The notes under the pieces: model-generated | What the model was told of the DNA's origin: nothing | What the model saw: only the letters and a program-made list of their open reading frames with translations | Database searches by the model: none | Part shown: positions 36,284 to 50,232 of the stretch, piece by piece | Position numbering within the stretch: position 1 is the first letter of the stretch | How the letters are laid out: every line of letters begins with the position of its first letter | NCBI RefSeq assembly: GCF_964355755.1 | Contig: NC_092680.1 | Location: 14,021,045 to 14,085,044 of the forward strand | Length of the DNA: 64,000 nucleotides | From: Antedon mediterranea | Taxonomy: Eukaryota > Animalia > Echinodermata | Direction: 5' to 3' | Program-made: the position numbers and the translations under genes

Positions 36284-38040
36284 TATTCAATAAAAAAACA
36301 GAGCTACTTTTAACATCACTATAAAGGCTTTGGATATCAAATCGATCCAATCAATTTTTAGTTGATAACGTCTTACCCCAGACTATTATCAAAAGCTCAT
36401 TTTATGGCATTCCACCCAGTTTAATTTCATTGTTCAAGGCGGACCTACTGAACACTAAGGACAAGACCCAAAAGTTCTTTAAATGCTCAATAAGCAATCG
36501 TTATTGAAATTGTTTAAGTATACCATTGCAGCACATTCATGCACATCAATTGTATGACATGCAACCTTTAACCTTTGTATTAAGATTACATTATCATAAA
36601 GTAGTATTTAAAAGGGTCGGCCAAATTGCAGTTCCAATTAGCACTAATTACATTGCAACTGATCTCAATGGGATGCAAGTCTGGCAGAGGTATGGTTACA
36701 TCAAGCCTATTCTCAATACCTTAAAGCATGAAGGATGCTAGAAAGAATAGGATTGTCAATTAATTAATAAATAATGTTTCGCATTGTTGGCCTTTAAGGA
36801 TAAATTAATATTTGTCATCTAGAACTGGGGGTGCAAAATACAGCAGAAATTATGGAAGGCATTTGTCCTCATTTAGGCTGTTATGACAATATTGCTAAAT
36901 GATGATTGACATGTAACATTTGCAACAATCCTTCAATTAATGACTGTGTGTGTTCTTGATTGATACTCACCGTATATTTTCTGCTGAATCGCCTATTCAA
37001 AGGATAACATTATTGAAATGGAAATGCTTTTTATTATAGTATCTACTGTAGATTTCTTGATTATTTAGCATGGATACATTTTCATTGTAAATTATACAGT
37101 ATAAGGAAGTAAAACCTTGGTAAATTTTTAAAACAGAAACAAAAAATTACTAGTCCATATTATCTAATGATATCGTTTTTCATTATATAAATGGCCTCTG
37201 ATCATTCCATGTTTTAAATAAAGTTAATAAATGATAGTTTTTAAACAAGAGAGACTTTACTGTAGGAATTGAAAAAGAACATCAGAATTATGGGATTGTG
37301 GAGTAAAAATAGTTACATTAACTTTCATGACCAGATAATGTAGATTTCATTATTTGTAAGGTGATAATGTCATAAAACTGTTTACTTTGAGATAATGTTT
37401 TGTCTGTCTCCATGAAAGAAGAACTGAACTTCTGTTTATCTAGGTTATTTACAAAGGACTTTTGCAAAAAGTGTCGTCTGCCTAAACCTAGAAATTAATT
37501 GTGATTAAACTAAACTTTCTCTTGTGTGAAAAGTTAATATTAAATTTCATGTTAACTGTTATTATGTTATCTTTGTAGGTTTCATTTTTTGTATGTGTCC
37601 AGTAGACATCAAGGGTGTTCAAAAAACATACAAGCTTATACAGTATACTAATGAAACCAGTGAACCTTAAGAATAATACTGTAGCATAAAATAGTATTTA
37701 TAACAAGAAAAGTATTAAACGCTGTTAAAAAAAAAATTTGTTTTTAGGCAAACAAGAACAATAGACATTTTTCATCTGAAATACTGTAATAAATAGCACA
37801 GACATCCAGAACATTAAATTCAATGTACTGTACCTTTAGTTAGTTACATGAAACTGTCTGTCTATCTTCAATAGGATGTTTAAATTAGCCAATGACTGAT
37901 CGACCAGACATAGTTGTCAAGAAAATGACATGAATGTTCAGACATGAATGTTCAAACATAACTGTCATTTTAATTGGTTTCCTTGGAAACATGAGATATT
38001 TGAGCCTTTTAAGATAATGTTATCAGTGAATCATGACTTG

Positions 38041-38869
38041 GGCCCCGTTTCTGCTGCCAAAAATATACCGTATATATACGGTATATTTTATATACGGTAT
38101 ATTTTTTGGCAGCAGAAATGGGTCTCATAAAAAATATACCGTATATATATGCGGTATATATACCGCATATTATCCCCATCGTTTGTGGATATTATACGGT
38201 ATATTCCAAAATATACCGTATATTTCGTACCCCGCTTCTGCTGCACTCAAAATATACCGTATATGTGACCCGGCCCATGACACGAGGTCAAAAACTAACA
38301 GAGCGTGACGCGTTTGTTTGGTTTTTCTGCTGCATTATTGACACACACGTGTATAAAAGCAAGCAACAGATCAAAATATCACTGTGGACTGAAGAAATAA
38401 ATATTTTTGCAATTCAATTCTGGGGAGAAGCGAAGGTTGGGGGGAGACTGCTTGGTAACAGAAGAGATACCGAGATTTACAAAAGTATCTCAAACAAAAT
38501 AAAAGCAGAATTTGTGGTAGACTTAATAACGCCAAAGTTATCGGCAAATGCCGTCGTCTTCTTTGCATAAATCTAGTCAATGCCCATTCTACATTTCTAG
38601 ATTGTTTGTGCGGTGTAAATTCGTTGCCACTTCTGCTCATTAGATTTAAAATAGAAAGCAATGCTACGACGTTTTGAGAAACCATCATTGTTTTGTTTTT
38701 GTCATGTAACCTCACTACACGAGAATCTAGGTCAAACCATACTTCCGTCTCACGAAATGCATTTTGGGTAATGAAACTTTTTTACAGCCCACCCACGAAG
38801 TATGTGCAGCAGAAACGGTGCACGAATTTCATATACGGTATATTTGGGATTGGCAGCAGAAACAGGGCC
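38041..38869 (+). mobile_element. PIF/Harbinger-like deletion derivative with a Myb/SANT-like ORF remnant
   Basis: TIRs GGCCCCGTTTCTGCTGCCAA / TTGGCAGCAGAAACAGGGCC and repeated ATATACCGTATA motifs. An internal frame encodes WTEEINIFAIQFWGEAKVGGRLLGNRRDTEIYKSISNKI. Confidence 0.8.
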
Positions 38870-41289
38870 TTAAAGAAATGTTTACAAAACTTAATATTCC
38901 CTCTGATTGACAGAATAATCTTAAATCAATATTTAAACATGATTATTGAACATAATTTTATAATATACATTACAAGTTATCATTGCATTCATAAATGTGA
39001 CAATAAAATGACCTACAGCATTCAACAACAACAAACATTTATTTTAATTATTTATTAACAGATTAGCCTACAATTATTATAAATGTACGCAAAAATAAGT
39101 CTGTTGATGGGATTTCCTCTGATCTGTAGCTGCTGTCATGCCTCCTAATCATGAGTATCTTATGAATATGTAATCACATATAATAGGCTAGTTGTATTAC
39201 ATTATATAGTTAATCAGCTGCATTTACTCAAAATGTACAGATAAATATTTATCCAAAGACATTTTGAGTTGAATTAATTTGTAATATATTGTAATATACT
39301 TAAAATAACTTAGCTGTTCAAAGAATTTGCAGGATTATTGACGCAAATAAACTGTAATTTATGACGAAAATATTTTATACATGGGTGTAATATTGAGAGT
39401 TCTTGATTTGTCGGTTGGATAATAATTCATGAATATTCTGTTTCTGTTTATAAACCTTAATTAACATACTTATAAAATAATCTACAAAGCACGTATTCTA
39501 TACTGTTGAGTCATTGTCTAGATTCTGTCTATGTTCGGTGTATTAGCCCTTTCTTTTTTAATTCAGTGCTGTAATTAACAAGCATATTGCTGTTTGGTAC
39601 AAGTAGACTAATAACTTAGTAGATTAGCATCATATTCTAGATATTAATGCTAAAGTCAAAGACAGTCAAGTTATTATGATTTTAATTTATTCTGACCACT
39701 TGTGTATTTTAAATTGGTCCTGTTGTTTAACCAAGGTTTACTGTAAAAGACATTTAACATAAATCTGTTTAAATTTAAACAAATATCTGAGAAAAGGCAT
39801 GGCTAATGGGGATAGTGTGGCTTCATACATCTCTCTGACCTTCTTCCTCTTCACATACCTTCCCGTCGCCTTCGCTCGTCTTCAAAAAATCTCCTTTCTA
39901 TTTATTATTATCATTATTATTATTATTATTATTATTATATGAAAACCCTATGAACCCAAAATAGTGTCTTTAATAACCAATAACTGACTAAAAGTTGGTT
40001 ATATAGTGTTTGTATAATTCCTCTGGTTCATTTTTATGAGGATAGAGGTGTCCAAATGTGTTGAATGGCCGAAATTAATCGTTTACCATAATTACTTTTA
40101 TGTAGAGTTCAAAGTTCAGGTGAGAACATTATGTGTATCTCAATTTAAACTTATCTGCCTACTGTTTGGAATGTATTGATTTAAATGTAATGTTGTATGC
40201 AACTTTGCTAGGCCACGTCTTCTCACACCTTCATCCCTCATTGCTTCCTGTGTTGTAATATTAACATTTTGCAGGTGTTAATGTGAAAATTAAATTCAAG
40301 GTGGAAATATCTCCAAAAAAATATTATTATGGACTATATTACAACAGTTTGTTTATATAACTGTGTTAGTTGTCTAATGCTAAATATGTTTCTTTGTTAC
40401 CGTCATACTGTATGTACACAAATGCTTACTTACAGTAGGTTTATCCATCACCTGTATTACTTTCATATTCCTTTACTTAATGTTTCTTCATGTATAAAAA
40501 TAAAGTAAATATTATTTGAATTTTTATTTTCTCCTATAGTATTTCAATGGCTAATTATTTATGTTTATATTTGTTGATTGTGGAGAATATTTTTATTCGC
40601 TATAAAGCCTGATGAATAGAGCTGTCAAAAATACACATTCCTACAATTATTCATTGCATGTATTTGGAAACAAAATTACCTACCCTAAATTGATACCTAC
40701 TCTATAATTTCATAAAGTTTTAAAATAATATACTGGTTGACTAGATAAAATCAGTAATATGACAATCAATATTATAGCCTTGACATTTTTGTGCCTTTTC
40801 GAAGTTGGCCTGCTCATTTCAAATATGATAGAACAATTCTTTAATAGCAGCAGGATTGTGAGAAGAAGATATTTTGGCATCTTACTATACTTTCTTTTTG
40901 GTAAATTATTTATATATTTATATAATAAACAAGAAATATTATTTTAGCAAAGAAAATGTGTTGCTTTATGAAATTGGAATAATACTGTAAAGTGATTTAT
41001 GTCAAAAAGACCTAGTACAAAAACACTGTACAGAAAAGATAGATTATTTATTTGCAGGGACACTATCTTGAATTAGAAGTTTGGCATAATCAGCCCAGTC
41101 TGAAAGTAAAAACTGTGTAATTTGAAACAAAATATATAGAATATTTATTACAGAAATCTGGATATTATAAAATTCATGTGGTGTACGGATTAAACAGTAT
41201 CTGGATTTTTGTTTAAAAAATCATGGTAGAGTACCAATGTTTGATAAATATCATTACTTTTGTTGGGAGGTGTTTTATATAATGAAGCT

Positions 41290-41370
41290 GTAGCTTGGTG
41301 GTTGACTTCCAATCCGAGGGTCTAGAGTTCAATCCTGACCTAGTGCCAGGGTTGTAACTCACAGCTTTTT
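41290..41370 (+). mobile_element. degenerate tRNA-derived SINE head
   Basis: TAGCTTGGTGG (A-box-like) and GAGTTCAATCC (B-box-like). Confidence 0.45.
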
Positions 41371-41815
41371 CAACTTCACTCCCTAAGCCTCAAATGAGAC
41401 TTTATGAGTTTATAAGCATGATAAATTATAAAATAGTTTATCCATCTTGTAATTGGCGAGTTGCTCGCTGTTGGATGCATATGAAATAAAAATAAATTTT
41501 TAAAATAGGGGCTGTGGGTTCAACATGGGCATAGTGATAAGCAAAAAAAAACAAAAAATGGAATGTAGAAGTACAAGTATTATATTATGGGTACACTAAA
41601 TGGTTTCATTGTACATAGTAGTACTGTGTACTTCAATATACACAGTACTAAAATAATATTGCGTGAATGATAAGTAGTTATTCTATTTCATAAATCCAAA
41701 TGCCGTATAAAAATTACAGTACATCATTGTAAAGTTCATAAAGTGTGCAATGCTAATGTGCCAGTATTTTCAACTTCTTAAAATATTGTTTGTATATTAC
41801 ATGACAGCATTTCAT

Positions 41816-41906
41816 TAGAACCCCTATTAAGGGGACATCTTATAACCCCTATTAAGGGGACATCTTCGAAACCAACAAAGTGTCCCCTTAATAGAGGTGT
41901 TCCCTT
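41816..41906. mobile_element. pogo/Tigger-like MITE fragment
   Basis: AACCCCTATTAAGGGGACA occurs twice, plus an inverted TGTCCCCTTAATAGAGG. Confidence 0.55.
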
Positions 41907-44339
41907 TTAAGCTACTTTTACATTGCACCCAAATTCGGTCCGGTGCCCTGAGAAAAATATCGTAAGCGTTGCGCGCACTTTCACATTGAGCACAAATTTA
42001 TATTATTAATGTACAGTATATTAATTTATAACAATGTATTTAATCTTTTAGAAAATGAATGTTTTTTTTAATACATTTTATTATAATTCTAGAATTCTCT
42101 GTAGGCTAGTATCGAAAATTGTGAATTCACAAATGTTTTTATTTTTAGTACTGACAAAGTCTTTCACATTGTCAATATCAATTATTTATTAACATGACCA
42201 GCCACATGAGGAAATGTTTAATGAACAAGTCTATCTCCATTCGTGGTAGTTTTCACAACTATGTTATTTTTTATATAGCAAATATACTAAATTGAAATTC
42301 TTGTCACGGCTCATTGGTTTGTCATTCGAGATATCTTCTAGATGGTTCTAATTGCTCAAGTGTAGACACTGGATCGCCCATAGTTACTGTCAGTTTTTTT
42401 AATTACATCTACACTGCTATATGCAAACTATGAAGTATACTGAACATATTTTGTTAGCCTACCAGAAAATAGCAATCATGATTTTCTTCTATATTTAAAT
42501 AATTTATGTTTTGTGCATATTGTCAATTACTATTAAAATTATCATCGTATTGGTACATGATTTTTAAATTTTGTACTACTAGTACAATATTTTAAAAAGC
42601 AATGAACAAAGAAATGCTTTTTATATTCTCTGTGAATTATCTCCTTAATAATAATTATCTTTTCATCTTCTTTTCACATGGAGTTCCTTTCTTAATTCTA
42701 CCAGCATCTATTACTTGTTTGTTTTTCAACTTTTCAAGAATGATTTCTGAATACAGTATTATTTATTATTAACTTTAAGATACTGTAGCAATCAATTGTA
42801 CTAGTAGCTTTTTACAGCAGTAATTGTATTATTTGAGTATTGTACTAGTCGTTGCTTTTTATACAGCAGTAATGTTTGAGTAATGTATTCAACAAGAGAC
42901 TATTGACCAAGGCACAGAATAGTCTCATTACTAATGTGATACAAGGCGCGCCCTACCACGTGATGGTTCTACTTGACTGAGCATCAGAAACATTAATGTT
43001 TTCCTGCATTGTGAAACACTTCATCTACTGTAGAAATATGCTTCTAAATATTCAGACGGCTGTTTTATTATTTTTTACATTTCATTATTAATAGAGCTGA
43101 ATGTGATACTGTGTAACTGTATATACAGTATTATACAATATACAAAATATTATCACTTATTAAATTTAATAATCATTAATCTTAATCATCATTTTAATTT
43201 CATTAATAAATGTGATTCAGATAACTACATGATTTATGTAGATTTCTTGTAAGTTGACAGATTTCAAACAAATACTTAAATATGTTTATACATACTATAT
43301 AAATCTAAAACTAATTATTAACAAAATGAAGTCTAATCAAGCTGTTGAATTTACTTGAAGCTTTTCTTTTGCGACTGGATGACATTTTTAGAATGATTCT
43401 TGTATCAGACATGTTTGCTACTAATTAACACTACAATAAAAGCACAGCTGTATCTCTTTACTGGACCTTCTGATAAAAACAACAAGCTAATTTATGGTTA
43501 GTAATAGAAAGTGTAATGAAATTGTTGGCAATTTCAGACATTGCTACATACTACTTTACAATTGGTACACATTCCATCAACGACAGTTCAACATATTGTA
43601 AGTCAATAGTAACATTTTACACAGATGTTAAGCCTAAAGATGTTTACTTTTAAAATTTGACCAGCCAGAAAAAGTACAACATACAACTTAAATAAAAATA
43701 TTTTGATATCAGATTAATTTTTTACGTGGAACAAATATATATTTGATATTAGACCCTAAAATGCACATTATCATTATTAATAACACACTAATCTTAATTA
43801 TCATCATTATCCTCATTATATCCTTGATGCATGTGAAATAAAAAGAAAATACATTTTTTAATTAATAAATTGTTTAAAAAATGAATTTATACAGAAATCA
43901 GAAAGCAATTAATAAATGATAGAAATATGGAAATAAAAAATAGAAAATAATTGTTTAATTAAACTGTTTGAATGATACTGTAGATTAATATTAAAGATTT
44001 TAGATTAGTGTACAGTATATAAATCATAATCATAAAAACCAATCCCACCATCCAAAATCATGTTTATTTGATATTTAATTTGAGATCGAGATTTATTGTT
44101 GTTTTTGACAGATGTTTGAACTGAATAATTAAGATGGCGGCATTATTTGCAAGGTGATTCGTCCAATCTGCTCTACTTGCGTCATTAGTGCAATATTAGA
44201 AGATGCTTAATTTTTTTTTTTGAAGCGGTACCCTCAAGAAGAAGTAATGTAATCTTAATACAATTCCATGGTGTACTCTGTGCTTTTAAGACCAAATATA
44301 TATAATATATATATTATACCAAAGGCCTACATCGCTCTG

Positions 44340-45428
44340 TTTTTTTTAAAGCTAATTTCTAGTGATGTTTTGATTATAGGTTTTTACTGCCTAAATCATT
44401 GAATGAACATATCCCCTTTCCATGATCTCCACTTTTTTTCCCACATCAACAGTTCGGCATCGACAGAGTGTCTTTGTGGAAGATCATCTTAAATTCTCTT
44501 GCTAAAACTTTGAAGTTTGACTGTCTCTTTATAAGAACATTCGGGACAACAGTCTTTTCCTTTGTTGCATTTTCCTGACTAGAAGAAAATCGGTCTTTCA
44601 ATTCTTGGTCCAGGTGGTCTACCAGTTGTATGCTGATATTGTGTTTGAAGTATTCTGTGACTGAATCTGCTGGGGCGTTGTTTCGTAGGGACTGTCTTCC
44701 GCAACTTCTGGGAACCTTTACTTTTACATTTAGTTTATTTGCTAACTCGACGGACTCTTGAAACCATGTACGATGAAATAGTTGTGAATGTCCTCCCTTA
44801 TGGTTGCGACTGTGTCCCTAACACTGCCAATTGCCTCATAGGTACAAACAATATTCATGGTACAAGACTGTAGTTTCTTACACAATCCCTTTGTAACCTC
44901 AAGCACCTTGCTAGTAAAAATCAATGAAAATAAAAAGTCAAATAGTGTAACTGCCAGGTTGAAACTTCGTGCTATACTATCTATTCCAAACATCTCCTTT
45001 TATGTCATCAAGTGTACCGACAATAGCTGGAAGCAAGTAAATAAAGACTTCCATTGCGTCGTACCACTGTATCCACCTTGTTTTGCATACATCAAGTAAT
45101 TTCTTACGTGAATCTGATTTGTTGATGATGTATTCTAGGTGGTGCTGCCTCTTTGGGGAGTTGTTAAAAAAACTGCTAATTTTGCCAAATGTTTAATACA
45201 GGCAGTAGTACCTTGCATGATTTCTGATGATTATGCATAGGTTTAACTGATGCGAGTTGCAGTGAATGTACACTGCTTTTGGTTGCACTTTTCGGATAAA
45301 AGCCAAGGAACCTCTAAGCTTTCCTGACATATTAGCAGCTTCATCGTTTGACTGTCCATGTAGATTATCAATGTTAAGCCCCAGTCTACTGATTGTTTCC
45401 AAAATTTTGTCAGCAATTGCCCGTCCAT
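44340..45428 (-). pseudogene. decayed hAT-superfamily transposase (ZMYM1/THAP12-like group)
   Basis: Frameshifted fragments LHGQSNDEAANMSGKLRG...PKAVYIHCNSHQLNL (GQxYDGAxNMSG and CxxH motifs), FDFLFSLIFTSKVLEVTKGLCKKLQS and PRSCGRQSLRNNAPADSVTEYF...LDQELKDRF. Confidence 0.88.
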
Positions 45429-48374
45429 TTTATTTTGCCAAGTAATAAGGTCATATAATTATATTTACCTGGAGCAGCTGTTGTAAACAAAATTTTGGTT
45501 CGATTTTGGTTCCATAATAGTAATCGTTTGAAACAAAAACAACCTTACTTTATTTAATGTACGAAATATACAGTGAAACAGGAAATTGTAGAGGGAATTA
45601 GCGTATAGGACCGTCACATGGCACTACACCAATCTGTGCTGCTGTGCTGTTCAGCTACAGACACAAATTCATGCATGTTCAGACTTTAAACATTTGTCAG
45701 CCGGGCCAAATACATGTGTGTACGGTATAATTGACTGTTTGAATTGTATGCTGCTATTCTCTGACAGCCCTGGTATAACAACGAAAAATATTTAGTATGT
45801 CTGCCACTGATACATTAACTTGTTCAAAATCTTAAGTTATTGAACAAGAATAAGTTATTTTATATTACGGTATATAGACATTGTGCCTTTAAATCACAAA
45901 CATTATATTTTGAGTAGACAGTACGGCATTGCCACTTTAATTTAGTCACTAAAGATATTCTAATTTGATCACATAAATAATTTACCAAGAGACCTGAAAT
46001 ACTACATTAAATTTAAGATATGTATGTAGAATTAGAAAGGGAAATTATTGCATTACTAACTAGAGACTTCAATTCTGCCTCTCTTGCAACATTATACTTC
46101 CCTTCACAATCTAAATTCAATGCTTAATATAAATTTATTTTTCTGACTGTCGCATATTAATAAAGAAACTATTTTACAAGATTTGAAAGTATAAGTTTAA
46201 AATGGGTGTACTAGGTTTCAGGTTATAAAAACAATACTGAATCTTTTATGACATTTGGAGATATACCTCATTGTCGCAAAGAAGAAATATGACAGCATAC
46301 GGCTCCAAGCATTGAAGAATCACATCACTTTTAAATAACTATTAAAAGGGAAATGAACATTTCGGTGATATTTAAATCTATCAATTATTGTGAATGTTAC
46401 AAATGATGGAAAATCTTTAAGCAGGTGAAGCAGTCCATTTACTGAAGGCCACCAATGTCATGATAAATATTATTGTCTGATGATAGAATAATAATCTTCC
46501 CTAATTGATAATGAAATAGAAATGAATTAATGATTGTACAGTACTACATACGACAAACAATTTATAGATATGATGTTCATGTTGTTGCGATGATTCTATG
46601 TTGTTGATGTTTTAAAATCTAGGTCAAATTAATTTCTAACATTAGAGCAGAGTATGTTGTCCATCATTAATCTAAACTGGATCATTACACCATATATCAG
46701 TACTGACAATTGTTGTATTTAGACATTTCTGTTTTCCCACTCAAATTTTTTTTATAATCTTTTTTTTCCTAAGCTTCTTTCTCCTGCATTTTTAGATTGT
46801 ACAATTTACATATGAGCGTCTTTAGAATTATTGTGTTTGGAGTTTTAGGAATATTGTAGGCGTGTTACTTGGATTGTACCAATTACTTATGGGGGTGTTC
46901 AATCAATGTTTTTATATTGTAACACTCACTATGAAAACATAGGCTATTTCCAATTTTTCAGGTAAGTGGTCTCTAGCAAATCAGTAATTTAATTTTTAAT
47001 TCATACTGTATATTTTATTTTAATGTTCTAATTTATATCTGTTAAAGATGTTATTTACGGTAAAATTTCATGATTGTTACATTTCATTTGATACTATAAT
47101 AGTCTATAGTATTTGTTGATGCAGTGGAAGATTGTGAGCCAATTGTAATTAGAGCGATTGAATGTTGTTCGTGATGCACGTTGACATTTATCACGGTTAG
47201 TTACATTAAGCCAGTTGGTACGGTATGTTAAAAACAGGCATATTCGCAGATTTGTATATATCATGCATTAGGGAGCATCAGTAGGTTCATGTATGAATGT
47301 TGCAATACTAAACTAATATATTATCTGTTTTTTTTAACATTAGCTAATCGATACGATACGCTAAAGAATTTGATACATTTTATGATTTTTCATCTGAATA
47401 TTTTAAAGTGTTTTGTTTTTGTTTTTTTTAAATCTGTAATTTATTTACACACTAATCTATTTTACTTTTAGCAATTTAACTTAATTTCATACAAATATTT
47501 TTTTTAAATAATAAATGTGTTTTATCATAATGATGTGATCTGTACTAATACTACCCTTTGAAATTGAGAAATGTTCACTTATATTGTACACAAGTTAGTT
47601 GGTCAATTGAAACATATACCTCGTATAAAGTAATGTTTTCCTACTAATTCAACCGACCATAATTCCTTTCTGAAGCATAACTTGCACAAACAGGAATTCC
47701 CCTGTCAGGGCTGCAATCACTCTGTTATACTCCTGACACTGTAAAATTCACCTATGAAGTATGCATGCGTTCAGTGCATTTGAATGTTGTACTGTAGGAA
47801 GTCTGGTTGTCATCGTTTGGCAAATGTCCAAATTGTACAAACAATTTGTGTAGTATTTTGTGTGTGCCTAGAGGAAAGTAAAAAGAGAATTGATCACTTA
47901 CTGTAAAAATACACCTTTAGAATAGGACGGTATTTAGGTAGGGTGTGCAATTTCTCAATGTAGTAACAATCGCAACTTTCAAACAATTGCTTACAACCAT
48001 TAACTTTAGGCCTTCATAACACTTATATTATGCATTTTTCCTACAGAAAACAAAAGAAATCAAAAAGGGTTTCATCATAGAACTATTGGACCATTTATGC
48101 TGTCTGATGAAAACATTATTAGTAAGAACAATAATATTGTGATGATTTTATTGCTTATAACGTCATTTAATTAGACAGCATAAATGGTTATCCTATAGTT
48201 TTAGAATGAAACAATTTCTAATTTCTTTATTTTTTTTGTGTAAGAAAAATGTTCAATACTGTAGTTATCAAATACTAGTACAGTATGGGCCTTTATTTAA
48301 AAGTCATTCTAACATGTGAATTATCATACAATAAATTATGGTACTCTACCTCAGAAATGTCATAAAAAATTTTA

Positions 48375-48852
48375 TTATGCGAGAAATAAGTTGATTCTAA
48401 TAATTTTAGCAGCCCGCTATAAATCCCAACATGCATTGCGCATGGATTGATATTTTATTTTTTCTTCTGTGATTTACCCTACTTTCAATCGATCGTGAGG
48501 GCCAAAATAAATGGAAGAATTGTAACTTTTCAGCGAAAATACCGGATTTCCCCCAATTTGTATTACGGATTCTGGCAAAAATAGAAAGACAATTAATGCA
48601 GCAACTAGACAACGTCAGGCTAGGCCTATAGCTAGCGTACATTGTGCGTATACGTTAGTGTTGTTAAACAGCTAGGCCTACAAAACTAAGCCTAGCTGTG
48701 GGCTAGGCCTAAAGACTGTAAACGAGAGGATATTCACCGCAAGCTATTTAAGTAATGCATTGTTTCTCTCTTTTTATCATAAATACCATAAAACGTACAT
48801 CTAAGACAAGGAAGAAAAGTACAAGACGTCGACAATTGTAGGGAATGGGTCT
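48375..48852 (+). mobile_element. Kolobok-like MITE, 5'-truncated diverged copy
   Basis: Colinear with 32780-33296 and ends in GTAGGGAATGGGTCT. Confidence 0.85.
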
Positions 48853-50232
48853 GTAATTGATAAAGATGATTGATACAAATGCGATTTTCTTTATGTGGTA
48901 CTATGATCGAGAAACGATTGTCAGTCAACTCATTATGTAAAATAAACAGTTTAAAGAAGATACCGGTGGCGACACACAATATATGTAAAACCTGATAAAC
49001 TTGCGGATTTGAACAACCTTTATTTATACACTAATAATTTCAATTCCCTCGTAGCTGCCTCTCCACTGCTGTAGATGACAGATCGTTTAATTATGTGGAA
49101 TCAGTCACTTTAAAAATGTCTTGACTCTGTATTATCAGCGTTATATGTAGGCTTTTTAAAAAATATATACAGTATTGGCAGATTTATTAATTAATGATCT
49201 CAGTTTCAGACTTTTAGACAGATGCCACCAGCAATAATGCAAATCTAAGGAGGGAAAAGGTATTTTAAACACAATTTTTTATGTTAACTTTCGAAGTATT
49301 TAAATAGCACGTTCTTTACTGTCTTCTGAGATTACGTAATTGCTAATGGTCTGCTAATCAGTGTGTGAGATTGGAAGGTACCATACCAATAGTTGGTTGT
49401 TGCATACATTTATTTTATTGTGAAGAGTTGAAATTTGAATAATAGTTGGAGTATATACCAGTTGCTTGCACTTTCATTGCTTCAATTCTGGATTTGTTTA
49501 TTAATCAAACTGGCATTCAAATCTGATCAAATTTAAGATACAGACATTTTGCAAATGCAATCAGTTTTTAGCAACATCTTTATTGCGGTGATATACCTGT
49601 TGTCTTTGTTTGATCCGTATTAGTTAGAGAGTGGAAGTTCAAATCTGGACAGAGAACCTAAACATTATCATAGTACTTTAAAGATGTATGATCAAAATGG
49701 ATTAAGCTATAAATGTTCATTCAGTTTATTAATCTGTAAGTAGATACAGATTTGATTGCGGACTATATTTTTTTATTTGCCAATCAAAAGCTGTTTTTAT
49801 TTATTTACATATTTGTTTTTTAAGTTCCCAACAAATATTGCTTGACAATACAACGATGTATATAAGAAACATTTTCATTTGATTGTTTGCCTTTCTATAC
49901 ACCACACTATGATTTATTATTTCAATTACATTCCATTATTCAAATACACCATTCTCCCTGTATGAGACACTTGATCTTCATGACGAAGCCTACAAAATTG
50001 CATTAATTACAGCCATTAAAGTATGTTGATGATGGGCCTGATGAGTCAGCAGTATATTGCTCATGTTAATTAACAGATGTCCATACTTTTTTTTTTTATT
50101 CTTCATTCGTATCATATTTATCAAGTCATAATCAATATAGTATTTCCACGTATCTGTCTGCTATCTGAAGCTGTTCACACTATGGAAGTGATTGCAAATC
50201 TATTTCCATCTTTAATTAAACAAGTTTTTGTA

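Noticed and set aside
50035-50075. Hammerhead ribozyme core CTGATGAG (also on the minus strand near 18213-18220 and 29149-29156)
   Set aside because: No stem II followed by GAAA and no closing helices could be formed.
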